The notes beneath the pieces are model-generated. The model ran no database searches. It had not been told where the DNA came from and saw nothing but the letters and a program-made list of their open reading frames with translations. From positions 1-46,385 of the forward strand of contig JBBSDV010000002.1 in assembly GCA_038240335.1 (NCBI GenBank): a DNA stretch of 46,385 bases, read 5' to 3'. Every line of letters begins with the position of its first letter. Position 1 is the first letter of the stretch. Shown in pieces: positions 8,561 to 18,014 of the stretch. The stretch is from Dehalococcoidia bacterium. GTDB taxonomy: Bacteria; Chloroflexota; Dehalococcoidia; DSTF01; JACRBR01. The position numbers were made by a program, and so were the translations under genes.

Positions 8561-8699
8561 AAAGTGCCAAACGATTACATAACGAGAGCCAGGCAAGTAC
8601 CCAGCGCAGATCGCCGCAGCCATAAGAGAGACCCCAACGCGTGTGGCACTGGCGTCCTCGCCTCCGAAACATGAAAAGTGCTAAACGATTACATAACGA
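8556..8699 (+). repeat. Two direct copies of a 30-bp motif (8556-8585 and 8670-8699)
   Basis: CATGAAAAGTGC(C/T)AAACGATTACATAACGA, one mismatch between copies. Confidence 0.9.
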
Positions 8700-8727
8700 C
8701 AACGGGCTGCGACGGGGAGAATTGCGC

Positions 8728-8770
8728 TTGCCATGAGACGCAGTCTCACATAACCTGAGACCCAGTCTCA
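8728..8770 (+). promoter_or_regulatory. zur promoter with two palindromic operators
   Basis: TTGCCA-N17-TAACCT; TGAGAC-N3-GTCTCA at 8734-8748 and 8756-8770. Confidence 0.75.
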
Positions 8771-8785
8771 GCGAGGAGGGACGCC

Positions 8786-9223
8786 GTGTCCGAGATAGAG
8801 CTGGTCATCGAGCGCCTGGAGATGCGCGGCCACCGGATGACCGGAAGCCGTCGCCGCGTGCTCGACGCCGTCATGGCCCAGCCCGCCCACTTCACCGTCG
8901 ACGACGTCCTGCACAGCACGCGCAAGGTGGGCCGCGCCACCGTCTTCCGCACGATGAAGCTCTTGCTCGACCTCAACATTGTCTGCCGCGTCATGCTCGA
9001 TGATGGCGCGCTCCACTACCGCGTCAGCACCCGCAGTCATCACCATCACCTCGTCTGCATCGACTGCGGCCGCGTCGAAGACTTTAGCCAGTGCGACGTC
9101 CAGTCGCTCACCCGCGATCTCGCCCAGGCGACTGGCTACGAGATCGAACGCCACTGGCTCGAGGTCTACGGCCGCTGCCACGCCTGCCGCCTCCTCAAGA
9201 CTGAGATGGCCGCCGTTGGTTGA
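8786..9223 (+). CDS. zur: Fur-family regulator, probably Zur
   Basis: ATVFRTM helix, HHHHLVCIDCG and YGRCHAC; heads a metal ABC operon; GAGGAGG SD. Confidence 0.8.
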   Translation: MSEIELVIERLEMRGHRMTGSRRRVLDAVMAQPAHFTVDDVLHSTRKVGRATVFRTMKLLLDLNIVCRVMLDDGALHYRVSTRSHHHHLVCIDCGRVEDFSQCDVQSLTRDLAQATGYEIERHWLEVYGRCHACRLLKTEMAAVG

Positions 9224-9977
9224 GTCGACCGCCGTCACGCCCGCCCCGCCCGGCCTCGACACCGGCGATCTGCACGCCAGTTGCCTCGTGCTTCACGATG
9301 TGACGATCGCCTACGGGCGCAAGGTCGTGCTCGCCCACGTCGACGCCGATATCCCGCGCAGCCAGGTCGTCAGCATCGTCGGCCCGAACGGCGCCGGCAA
9401 GAGCACGCTGCTCAAAGCGATCGCCGGCCTCACCCCGATCGTTTCCGGCACGATCACGCTTTTCGGCGCGCCGATCGGCACGATGCGCAAGCACATTGCC
9501 TACGTGCCCCAGCGCGAGGATGTCGACTGGGCGTTCCCCGTCGCCGTGCGGGACGTCGTCATGATGGGCCGCTATCCCCGCCACGGCTGGCTCTCCCCGT
9601 CGTCATCCGAGGACCGCCGCGTCGTCGAGCAAGCGATGGCGCAGCTCGCGATCGACGACCTCGCCCGCCGTCAGATCAGCCAGCTCTCGGGCGGCCAGCA
9701 GCGCCGCGCGTTCATCGCCCGCGCCATCGCCCAGGAGCCCGACGTCATCCTCCTCGACGAACCGATGGCCGGCATCGACGCCGAAACGCACGACCGCATC
9801 GTCGCCCTGTTCGAGGATTGGCGGCTCGCCGGCAAAGTCGTCCTGCAGGCGACGCACGCCGCGCGCCACGGCGGTTCCGTCATCGCATTGCGCCGCCACA
9901 CCGATCCCATCCACGCCGACGACGCGACGCATCACGCCGACGAAGGGGGCGAGCATCATGGCATCGTTCGTCACTGA
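9216..9977 (+). CDS. znuC: Zn/Mn ABC transporter ATPase
   Basis: GPNGAGKST, YVPQ, LSGGQQRR and LLDEP motifs; His-rich tail; start uncertain. Confidence 0.8.
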   Translation: MVESTAVTPAPPGLDTGDLHASCLVLHDVTIAYGRKVVLAHVDADIPRSQVVSIVGPNGAGKSTLLKAIAGLTPIVSGTITLFGAPIGTMRKHIAYVPQREDVDWAFPVAVRDVVMMGRYPRHGWLSPSSSEDRRVVEQAMAQLAIDDLARRQISQLSGGQQRRAFIARAIAQEPDVILLDEPMAGIDAETHDRIVALFEDWRLAGKVVLQATHAARHGGSVIALRRHTDPIHADDATHHADEGGEHHGIVRH

Positions 9978-10884
9978 ACCGCTGACCGATCCCGCGTTCC
10001 TGCGCGGCCTGCTCGATGTCGTCGCCGTCTCCATCGTCGCCGGCGTCATCGGGACGTTTATCGTCCTCCGCGGCATCGGTTTTCTCGGCGATGCGCTCGC
10101 CCACTCGATCTTTCCCGGCGTCGTCACGGCATTTCTTCTCGACGCGAACCTGCTCCTCGGCGCGTTGATCGCCGGCCTCTCGACAGCGGCCGTGATGGGG
10201 CTGCTGACGGCGAACGGCCGTGTCCGCGACAACACATCGATCGGCGTCGTCTTCACCGCCGCGTTCGCGCTCGGCGTCGTCATCCTCACCAATAATCGGG
10301 TCAACTCGGACGAACTCGAGGGCATCCTCTTCGGCGATCCACTGGCGGCGAACATGCTCGATGTTGTGATGACGCTCGTCATCGGCGGCGGCGTGCTGGC
10401 GACGGTCGTCGCCCTCCGACGCCTGTTCGTCATGTCGTCGTTCGACCCTTCGGGCGCGCGTGCCATGGGCTTGCCCGTCGTCGCGATCGACGTACTGCTC
10501 CTCGTGCTGACGGCGCTCACGGTCGTCATCGCCTTCAAGGCGGTCGGCAATATTCTCGTGATCTCGCTCTTGCTGACACCCGCCGCAACCGCGAGGCTCT
10601 TCACCGATCGACTTACCGCGACGGCGCTGCTGGCGTCGGCGCTCGGGGCAGGCGCGAGCGTCGCCGGCCTGTTCATCGGCTATCATTTCGGGGCTTCGGC
10701 CGGGGGCGTCATCGTCCTCACATCGACGGCTATGTTCCTCGCAGCGTGGATCTTCGCGCCGCGGCATGGCGTGCTGTGGGCGCGCCTCGCGCTGCGGGAC
10801 CGCTCGTTGTTGCTGCGCGAGCCAGAAGCGGAGGCGGAAGTCGTGCTCGCATCACCGGAAATCCAGGCGCCGCACACCGCATGA
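9958..10884 (+). CDS. znuB: Zn/Mn ABC transporter permease
   Basis: GDALAHSIFPG, ILFGD, SFDP and PAATAR motifs. Confidence 0.85.
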   Translation: MASFVTEPLTDPAFLRGLLDVVAVSIVAGVIGTFIVLRGIGFLGDALAHSIFPGVVTAFLLDANLLLGALIAGLSTAAVMGLLTANGRVRDNTSIGVVFTAAFALGVVILTNNRVNSDELEGILFGDPLAANMLDVVMTLVIGGGVLATVVALRRLFVMSSFDPSGARAMGLPVVAIDVLLLVLTALTVVIAFKAVGNILVISLLLTPAATARLFTDRLTATALLASALGAGASVAGLFIGYHFGASAGGVIVLTSTAMFLAAWIFAPRHGVLWARLALRDRSLLLREPEAEAEVVLASPEIQAPHTA

Positions 10885-11612
10885 TCATGCCACGCATGAT
10901 TGGAGTCGTCTGTCTCGCATTCCTTGCCGCGCTAAGCGCAGCCTGTGGCGGCAGTTCGCCCCGTCTGCCCGCGTTCGGCGTCACCGTCGCCCCGATCGCC
11001 ACCGGCAGCGCGCCCGCGGGCCACAACGCCTCGGCACAGCTCGCGCAAATCGGCGGCAAGCCGGCCGCGCGTCCCCCAAGCAGCCGTACGTCCATCCAGG
11101 AAGACGCCGCAACCCCGAGTGACGATTCGGCCAACGCCGACAGCACGGACTCGGGCACAGAAGCGGCCTCCGACCTGACGCCGACACCCGCGACGCCGAG
11201 CGCCTCCGACGGCAGCCACGCGCCCGACGCCGGCCGCTGGATCGATGTCAACGTCTCGACCTTCGTCGTCCGCTTGATGGATGGCAAGTCGACTCGGCGC
11301 GACATCAAGCCCGTCGCCGTCGGCACGCAGGTCGATACCGGCGATTTCGCATCCACGCAGACCGGCCTCTTCCACGTTTACGACAAGATCCCCGATCTCG
11401 TCTACGACCCGCCCTACGACACCTACATCAGTCACTGGGTCGGCTTCGACCTCGACAAGGCCAACGGCTTCCACTCGTTCCTCAAGGACAAGGACGGCAA
11501 AGTCGCCGACAGCACAACGGGCCGCGTCAGCAACGGTTGCATCCGCACCGGCGACGCCGAGATCATCTTCCTCTACGCCGACATAGGCATGCCCGTCTGG
11601 GTGCATCGTTAG
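10881..11612 (+). CDS. YkuD/L,D-transpeptidase family lipoprotein
   Basis: Lipobox LSAAC; GFH...SNGCIR catalytic motif; ATGA overlap with znuB. Confidence 0.8.
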   Translation: MIMPRMIGVVCLAFLAALSAACGGSSPRLPAFGVTVAPIATGSAPAGHNASAQLAQIGGKPAARPPSSRTSIQEDAATPSDDSANADSTDSGTEAASDLTPTPATPSASDGSHAPDAGRWIDVNVSTFVVRLMDGKSTRRDIKPVAVGTQVDTGDFASTQTGLFHVYDKIPDLVYDPPYDTYISHWVGFDLDKANGFHSFLKDKDGKVADSTTGRVSNGCIRTGDAEIIFLYADIGMPVWVHR

Positions 11613-11766
11613 TTGGCAGTTTATAGTCCGTCGCAGGTAATTTGCTCTGCCTACCTCAACCACGGTGAACGGCAACTGACAGCTGGCCGCTACCAACTGT
11701 GCACCGTGAACTCCATGCCATTAACTCCCGCGCGCCGCGCGCTGGGTTGGTATCCTGAGGGACTCT

Positions 11767-12981
11767 ATGGCTCGAAACGACCATCCATCCGCCCGCAAGG
11801 CAATGCACGCGACAGCCGAGCAGGTTGAGCGAGCGTTTCTGGTCGGCGTTCAGCGTAACAGCGAGCGCGAGAAGTGGCGCGGCGAAGCCTCGCTCGCCGA
11901 ATTGGCGCTGCTCGCGAGAACCGCCGGCGCCGAAGTCGTCGGCAACGTGCTCCAGCAGATGGATGCGCCCAACCCCGCGACCTACATCGGCAAGGGAAAG
12001 CTCGACGAGATCAAGCGCGCCGCGGCGACGTCCGGGTACACGATGGTGATCTTCGACGACCAGCTCGCTCCCGCACAGCAGGTCAACCTCGAGGACGCCC
12101 TCGGCGTCAAGGTGCTCGATCGCGCAACCCTGATCCTCGACATCTTCGCCATGCGTGCCCGCACGCGCGAGGGTCGCCTGCAGGTCGAACTGGCGCAGAC
12201 CGAGTACCTGCTCCCGCGCCTCAAGGGCCAGTGGTCGCACCTCGAGCGGCTCAGCGGCAACAGCGGCGCACCCGGCGCTATCGGCGTCCGCGGCCCCGGT
12301 GAGACCCAGATCGAGACGGACCGCCGGCTGGCGCGAAAGAAGATCCAGAAGCTCAAGGAGCAGATCGAGGACGTGCGCCAGCAGCGTTCGTTGTACCGCC
12401 GCCGCCGCGAGCGCGAGGGCGTCCCGATCGTCGCGCTCGTCGGTTACACGAATGCCGGCAAGAGCACCCTCATGCGCGTTCTGACCCGGGACGCCGACGT
12501 CTTCGTGCAGGACCAGCTGTTCGCCACCCTCGACCCGCTGACCCGCCGCGTCTACCTCGATGCCGCGCACCCGGCGCTCCTGACCGATACCGTCGGCTTC
12601 ATCCAGAAGCTGCCCGCGCAGCTCGTCGCCGCCTTTCGCGCCACGCTGGAGGAGCTGACGGACGCGTCGGTGCTGCTCCACGTCGTCGATATCACGCACC
12701 CCGACGCGGCGCATCAGAGCCAGACCGTCGAGGACACGCTCGCCACGCTCGGACTCGGCGATAAGCCGCGGATCACCGTGCTCAACAAGGTCGATCAGCT
12801 GCCCGACGCCGATGGCAATCCCGTGCATTCGATCTCGGAGCTGGCGTCGTTCCAGGAGTCGCTGGCGGAGAATATCTCCGACGCCGTGCTCATCTCCGCC
12901 GAGAAGCGCTGGGGCATCGACCTGCTCAAGCAGCGCATCGCAGAAACGCTCGATCGCGTCCCTGCCCACGCCGAGACCTAG
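11767..12981 (+). CDS. hflX: GTPase HflX
   Basis: LILDIFA.RA, GPGETQIETDRR, GYTNAGKST, DTVGFI and NKVD motifs. Confidence 0.95.
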   Translation: MARNDHPSARKAMHATAEQVERAFLVGVQRNSEREKWRGEASLAELALLARTAGAEVVGNVLQQMDAPNPATYIGKGKLDEIKRAAATSGYTMVIFDDQLAPAQQVNLEDALGVKVLDRATLILDIFAMRARTREGRLQVELAQTEYLLPRLKGQWSHLERLSGNSGAPGAIGVRGPGETQIETDRRLARKKIQKLKEQIEDVRQQRSLYRRRREREGVPIVALVGYTNAGKSTLMRVLTRDADVFVQDQLFATLDPLTRRVYLDAAHPALLTDTVGFIQKLPAQLVAAFRATLEELTDASVLLHVVDITHPDAAHQSQTVEDTLATLGLGDKPRITVLNKVDQLPDADGNPVHSISELASFQESLAENISDAVLISAEKRWGIDLLKQRIAETLDRVPAHAET

Positions 12982-13104
12982 CCTTCGTATCATCAATCCG
13001 GAACAGATCCCGTCGCGGCTACCCAGCTTTGGCCGAGCGCGTGCTACTCCTCAGGGACACACAAATCGAATGCGCGCGTCTACTGACGTGGTAAGATGCC
13101 GCGC

Positions 13105-13191
13105 ATGAACGCACTTCTAGCTCCTGAGGTACATCCAACCCGCGGTTCATCACCGCGGGGTGCCATTGTCCGGTTGCTGCTTCCCCGCTAG
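13105..13191 (+). CDS. Putative leader peptide of cimA (MNALLAPEVHPTRGSSPRGAIVRLLLPR)
   Basis: Leaderless ATG 7 nt after TGgTAAGAT; Ile-Val-x-Leu-Leu-Leu cluster; alternative stems overlap it. Confidence 0.55.
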   Translation: MNALLAPEVHPTRGSSPRGAIVRLLLPR

Positions 13192-13236
13192 CGGTCGGAG
13201 CGCCATCGCAACATCGGCGCGCATTCAGGAGATTCC

Positions 13237-14826
13237 ATGACGATCGAGCTATACGACACGACGTTGCGCGACGGCGCCCAGATGGAGGGCATGTCGCTCT
13301 CCGTCGAAGACAAACTCAAGATCACACGCCGCCTCGACGCGCTCGGCATGCATTACATAGAGGGCGGCTGGCCGGGCAGCAATCCGAAGGACGCCGAGTT
13401 CTTCGTCCGCGCTCAATCGCTCAACCTTCAGAACGCCCGCCTCGCGGCCTTCGGTTCGACGCGCAAGCCCAACTCCGACGCCGCCGCGGACCCGAACCTC
13501 CGAGCCCTGCTCGATGCGCGGACGCCCGTCGTCACCCTCGTTGGGAAGGCGAGCACGCTGCACGTCCGCGACGTCATCGAGACGACGCTCGAAGAAAATC
13601 TGGCGATGATCGCCGACTCCGTGCGGCTCATGGCCGAGAACGGCCGCACCGTGTTTTTCGACGCCGAGCACTTCTTCGACGGTTTCTACGCCGATCCCGC
13701 CTACGCCCTCCGTTGCCTCACCGCCGCCGCGAGCGCCGGCGCAAGTTGCCTCGTCCTCTGCGATAGCAACGGCGGCATGACCACGCGCCAGCTCGTCGAT
13801 GCGATCCACGCGGTGCAGGCCGAGGTCGATGCGCCGCTCGGCATTCACACGCACAACGACGCCGACCTCGCCGTCGCCAACACGATCGCCGCCGTTGAGG
13901 CGGGAGTCGGCCATGTGCAGGGCTGCGTCAACGGCTATGGCGAGCGTTGTGGTAACGCCAACATCATCAGCATCATGGCCAACCTCAAGCTCAAGCTCGG
14001 CCTCGACGTCGTCAGCGACGACCAGTTGGCGTCGCTCACCGACGTCAGCCATTACGTCAGTGAAATAGTCAACATGGTCCCGAGCCCGTACCAGCCATAC
14101 GTCGGCACGAGCGCGTTCACCCACAAGGGCGGTCTCCACGTCGCCGCGATGCTCAAGTCCGACGTGAGCTACCAGCACGTGCCGCCTGCATCCGTCGGCA
14201 ACACCCGTCGTCTGCTCGTTTCCGAGCTCGGTGGCAGCAGCGGCGTGCGACAGAAGCTCAAGGAGCGTGGGTTCGAGTTCGAGCTGTCCCGTGATGAAGC
14301 GCGCGTCCTGCAGGAGCGCGTCAACGAGCAGGAGGCGAAGGGCTACGCGTTCGAGGGCGCCGAGGCCTCGTTCGAGATGCTCGTCCGCCGCGCCCGTCCC
14401 GGGTACACGCCGCCCTTCGAACTCGAGGACTTCTGGATCGTCGAGCGCCGCGCCTCCGCGAACGCCGATCACGATCGCGAGATGCAGGCAGAGGCCATGG
14501 TGAAGGTGCGTGTCGAAGGCAAGCTGCTCCAGACCGCGGCCGAGGGCAACGGTCCTGTCAACGCGCTCGATGCCGCCGTGCGCAAGGCGCTCGTCGAGTT
14601 CTTCCCGACTATCTACGCCGTGAAGCTCGTCGACTTCAAGGTGCGGATCATCGACAGCGCCGCCGGTACCAGTGCGGCCGTTCGCTCGCTCATCGAGTCC
14701 ACCGACGGCGAACACTTCTGGACCACCGTCGGCGCCAGCACCGACATGGTCGAGGCATCATGGCTCGCCCTCGCCGACTCACTAGAGTACTTCGTCGTTA
14801 AGCGCGCAGCGTGGACACCGGGTTGA
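13237..14826 (+). CDS. cimA: Citramalate synthase
   Basis: YDTTLRDGAQ, EGGWPGSNPKD, DAEHFFDG, HTHND and GYGERCGNAN motifs; LeuA-type regulatory domain. Confidence 0.9.
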   Translation: MTIELYDTTLRDGAQMEGMSLSVEDKLKITRRLDALGMHYIEGGWPGSNPKDAEFFVRAQSLNLQNARLAAFGSTRKPNSDAAADPNLRALLDARTPVVTLVGKASTLHVRDVIETTLEENLAMIADSVRLMAENGRTVFFDAEHFFDGFYADPAYALRCLTAAASAGASCLVLCDSNGGMTTRQLVDAIHAVQAEVDAPLGIHTHNDADLAVANTIAAVEAGVGHVQGCVNGYGERCGNANIISIMANLKLKLGLDVVSDDQLASLTDVSHYVSEIVNMVPSPYQPYVGTSAFTHKGGLHVAAMLKSDVSYQHVPPASVGNTRRLLVSELGGSSGVRQKLKERGFEFELSRDEARVLQERVNEQEAKGYAFEGAEASFEMLVRRARPGYTPPFELEDFWIVERRASANADHDREMQAEAMVKVRVEGKLLQTAAEGNGPVNALDAAVRKALVEFFPTIYAVKLVDFKVRIIDSAAGTSAAVRSLIESTDGEHFWTTVGASTDMVEASWLALADSLEYFVVKRAAWTPG

Positions 14827-14877
14827 CCGCGCGTCGGCCGCGTCCGTCAGGTCGTGAGAAGAATTGAGGAGAACCGA

Positions 14878-15738
14878 ATGAAGAGAGCGCTTGTGCTCGG
14901 CGGCGGCGGCGCAGTCGGAGTCGGTTGGGAGATAGGCCTCCTCGCCGGCCTACTCGAAGGCGGCGCAGACCTTCGGGACGCCGATCTCATCGTCGGCACC
15001 TCCGCCGGCTCTGTGGTCGGCACCCAGATCGCGCTCGGGCGCGACGCACGCGAGCTGCTGCGCGAGCATGGGGACCGCAAACCGCCGGCCGGCAACAACA
15101 TGCCATCGGATCCATCGCACGTCATGGAGGCGTTCAAGCTCTGGGCCTCGTTCGACGAGATGACGCCGGACCGTTGCGCGCAGATCGGCCGTGTCGCGAT
15201 GCAGGCGAAAACGGTACCCGAGGACAAGTGGGTGGCGCAGTTCGCCGAAGGCGTGTCCGACTGGCCGGACAAGCCGCTGCTCATTACCGCCGTCGATTGC
15301 GAGACCGGCGCATTCCGCACCATCGACCGCAGCCAGGGCGTGCCGATCGCCCGCGCGATCGCCGCATCTTGCTCCGTGCCCGGCATGTTTCCGTCGGTCG
15401 AGATCGAAGGCCGCCGCTACACCGACGGCGGCGTCCGCTCGAGCACCTCCGCTGACGCCGTGACGGCGATCCGCCCGGACATCGTGCTGATTCTCGCCCC
15501 AATGGCGAAGGGAACCGAGGGCGTCGGCCGTCTATCCACGCGGCAGGCCGAGCACGAGCGCGCGCAGCTTGAAGAACAGGGCGCGTCCGTCCGCGTGATC
15601 GTTGTCGAGGAAGCGCTCCAACCGCGCGTCGCGAACGGCATGGACCCGGCGTCCGGCGCCATCGCAGCCGAAGGCGGCTACGAGCACGGTCTTCGCCTCG
15701 CCGCCGAGCTCGGCCCATGGTGGCGGGCAGATCTGTAG
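14878..15738 (+). CDS. Patatin-like phospholipase
   Basis: LVLGGGG, GTSAG and DGG motifs. Confidence 0.9.
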   Translation: MKRALVLGGGGAVGVGWEIGLLAGLLEGGADLRDADLIVGTSAGSVVGTQIALGRDARELLREHGDRKPPAGNNMPSDPSHVMEAFKLWASFDEMTPDRCAQIGRVAMQAKTVPEDKWVAQFAEGVSDWPDKPLLITAVDCETGAFRTIDRSQGVPIARAIAASCSVPGMFPSVEIEGRRYTDGGVRSSTSADAVTAIRPDIVLILAPMAKGTEGVGRLSTRQAEHERAQLEEQGASVRVIVVEEALQPRVANGMDPASGAIAAEGGYEHGLRLAAELGPWWRADL

Positions 15739-15908
15739 GTTTTCCTTCGTACTTCATAATTCAGGTCGGTTTTGGTGCACGCGAGATGCATGGCTGCGAG
15801 AATAATCTGTGATGGTTAACGTTCGAGATCTGACCAGGAACCGCGAACCGAGGCGCAACTACAAACGACAAACTACGAACGACAAACTAACCACGCTAAA
15901 CTAGCCCG

Positions 15909-16535
15909 ATGGGCGAAGATGTCACCGCCGGCGACGGTCTGACGCAGGAGCTTTGCGATGCGCTCCTCGAGATCCTGCGCGCCATCGTACCCGCCATGTT
16001 CAAGGCGCAGCAGCCGTGGGCCGTCATGGGCAGCACCGCCTCGGTGCTCCAGGGCATCCCCCACTACATCCCGCCCGACATCGATCTCGTGACCACGATG
16101 GAGGGCGCCTACATCATGTCCGGCGCTGTTGGCAATTGCGGCGCCACGGTGCGCCCCGTCGCCTTCAGCGAATCCGACCGCTACTCGAGCCACTTCGGCA
16201 TCTTCGAAGTGCGCGACGTCAAAGTTGAGGTGATGGGCGACCTCGTGATCCACTGCGATGATGGCGTGATCAATGCCACAGAGCATTTCGCCCGCTGGAG
16301 CGACAAGGTGCGCGTACTTCACTTCGAGCAGTACCACATCCCCGTCGTGCCGCTCGAATGGCAGCTCGTCGCCAACGTGATGCTCCGCCGCCCCGAGCGC
16401 TCGGCTGGCGTCGCCGATTTCTTGAACGCGCACGGCTATGACGCTGCTTATCTCCGTGATCTCCTGCGCGACGAGCATCTCGGCGCGCGCACGATCGCCA
16501 CGTCGCGAAAGGCGGTGCATCTTGACGACGAGTGA
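15909..16535 (+). CDS. Pol-beta-like nucleotidyltransferase family protein
   Basis: GS...DID motif, third acidic site in KVEVMGD. Confidence 0.6.
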   Translation: MGEDVTAGDGLTQELCDALLEILRAIVPAMFKAQQPWAVMGSTASVLQGIPHYIPPDIDLVTTMEGAYIMSGAVGNCGATVRPVAFSESDRYSSHFGIFEVRDVKVEVMGDLVIHCDDGVINATEHFARWSDKVRVLHFEQYHIPVVPLEWQLVANVMLRRPERSAGVADFLNAHGYDAAYLRDLLRDEHLGARTIATSRKAVHLDDE

Positions 16536-17415
16536 TAAGACATCGCCCGAGCGCGTCGAGCCGGATGTCTACACCGACGACTACTACCTGACCAACTGTC
16601 ACGGCTACGAAGACTTCGTCGTCAGCGCCGGCCGCAAAGTCGGACCGCGCTTCATCAAGGCGCTTTCGCTCGCCGGCGAGCTCCGTGGCAAGCGCGTGCT
16701 CGATATTGGCTGCGGCCGTGGCGAGCTCGTCATCCAGTCAGCGCTTCGTGGCGCAGATGCGTGGGGTATCGACTACGCACAGGCGGCCGTGGACATCGCC
16801 GCCGGTGCGCTCGCCGGCATCGACGCAGAGCTGCAGCGCCGCACACACATCGAGCAGATGGACGTAAAGGACCTGCGTTTTGATGACGCCTTCTTCGACG
16901 TCGTATTCATGATGGACGTCGTCGAGCACCTCTACCCGCATGAGCTCGCGCTCGCGTTCGACGAGCTGCATCGTACGATTCGGCCCGGCGGCCTCCTCGT
17001 CATGCACACATCGCCAAACAAAGTCTTCGAGGAAACGGTCTACCCGCACTACAGCCGTCGCATCAATCAAGTTGCGCTAGAGGCCGCGCGCGCGCTCAAG
17101 ATCAGCGATGGCCTGCTCAACGAAACCATGCTGCCGGTCGGTCGCGAGTTCCCGCACGACACGTTCGAGCGCGAGATGCACATCAACGAACAATCGGCGC
17201 CGAAGCTCCGCGCGGAGGTCGAGCATCACGGGTTCGCCGTCCGCAACATCGAGTTCTGGGAGCCTCCGGCCAAGGGTGGGTACTTCGAATCGCGACGGCT
17301 CAACATCGAACTGCGCGTGCTCGACTTCGTGCGATTCTTGCGGCCGCTGAGCCAATATCCGCCGCTCAACCGCTACTTCTGCAACCACATCTGGATGACG
17401 GCGGTGCGCTCATGA
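16522..17415 (+). CDS. Class I SAM-dependent methyltransferase
   Basis: VLDIGCGRGE, FDVV and VVEHL..PGG motifs. Confidence 0.85.
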   Translation: MTTSDKTSPERVEPDVYTDDYYLTNCHGYEDFVVSAGRKVGPRFIKALSLAGELRGKRVLDIGCGRGELVIQSALRGADAWGIDYAQAAVDIAAGALAGIDAELQRRTHIEQMDVKDLRFDDAFFDVVFMMDVVEHLYPHELALAFDELHRTIRPGGLLVMHTSPNKVFEETVYPHYSRRINQVALEAARALKISDGLLNETMLPVGREFPHDTFEREMHINEQSAPKLRAEVEHHGFAVRNIEFWEPPAKGGYFESRRLNIELRVLDFVRFLRPLSQYPPLNRYFCNHIWMTAVRS

Positions 17416-18002
17416 CCGACGCGACGCTGCTCGCCGGCCGCAACGCTCTGGTCCTTGGCGTCGAGCGTCCCGCTGGCCGCGCCGCCGCTGTCGCGCTCGC
17501 CGAGGCCGGCGCGAACGTCGCCGTCGTCACCGTCACCGAGGACACCAAGGCCGAGTTCGCGGCGAACAGCGCGGCCAACGAATTCTGGGCGCTCGGCCGC
17601 AAGGGTATCGCGCTCACCTCGGACGGCCGCGAGACGACCGTCGCCGAGGCGATCGCCGATGCTGCCGTAGAGCTCGGCCCGATCAGCATCCTCGTCTGGC
17701 ACGCTGACGCGGAGGTGAGTCGCGAGACGCTGAGCGGCCTCCGCTCGGATCCGGCGATCGTTATCATCGTCGCCGACGCCGATCCCGCGGCGAACCACGC
17801 GCTGCTCGCATGGACGCGTAATCTCGCCGACGCGGGCCTACGCGCGAACGCTGTGATCGTCTCGCGCGCTGTCGCCGATGCAATCGGCCCCGCGCTCAAG
17901 GAGCATCACGCGGCGCAGCCGCTCGACGTTCCCGCCGCCGTCCGTTATCTCGCATCCGACGCGAGCGCCGCGATCGAGGGCGCAGCGCTGGTCGCGGAGT
18001 AG
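17412..18002 (+). CDS. Degenerate short-chain dehydrogenase-like protein
   Basis: SDR-like N- and C-termini (LAGRNALVLG, GLRANAV, YLASDAS) but no YxxxK motif. Confidence 0.55.
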   Translation: MTDATLLAGRNALVLGVERPAGRAAAVALAEAGANVAVVTVTEDTKAEFAANSAANEFWALGRKGIALTSDGRETTVAEAIADAAVELGPISILVWHADAEVSRETLSGLRSDPAIVIIVADADPAANHALLAWTRNLADAGLRANAVIVSRAVADAIGPALKEHHAAQPLDVPAAVRYLASDASAAIEGAALVAE

Positions 18003-18014
18003 CTCGGAGACCGC

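Noticed and set aside
8556-8699. Mini-CRISPR
   Set aside because: Only two copies, 84 bp apart, with no cas genes.
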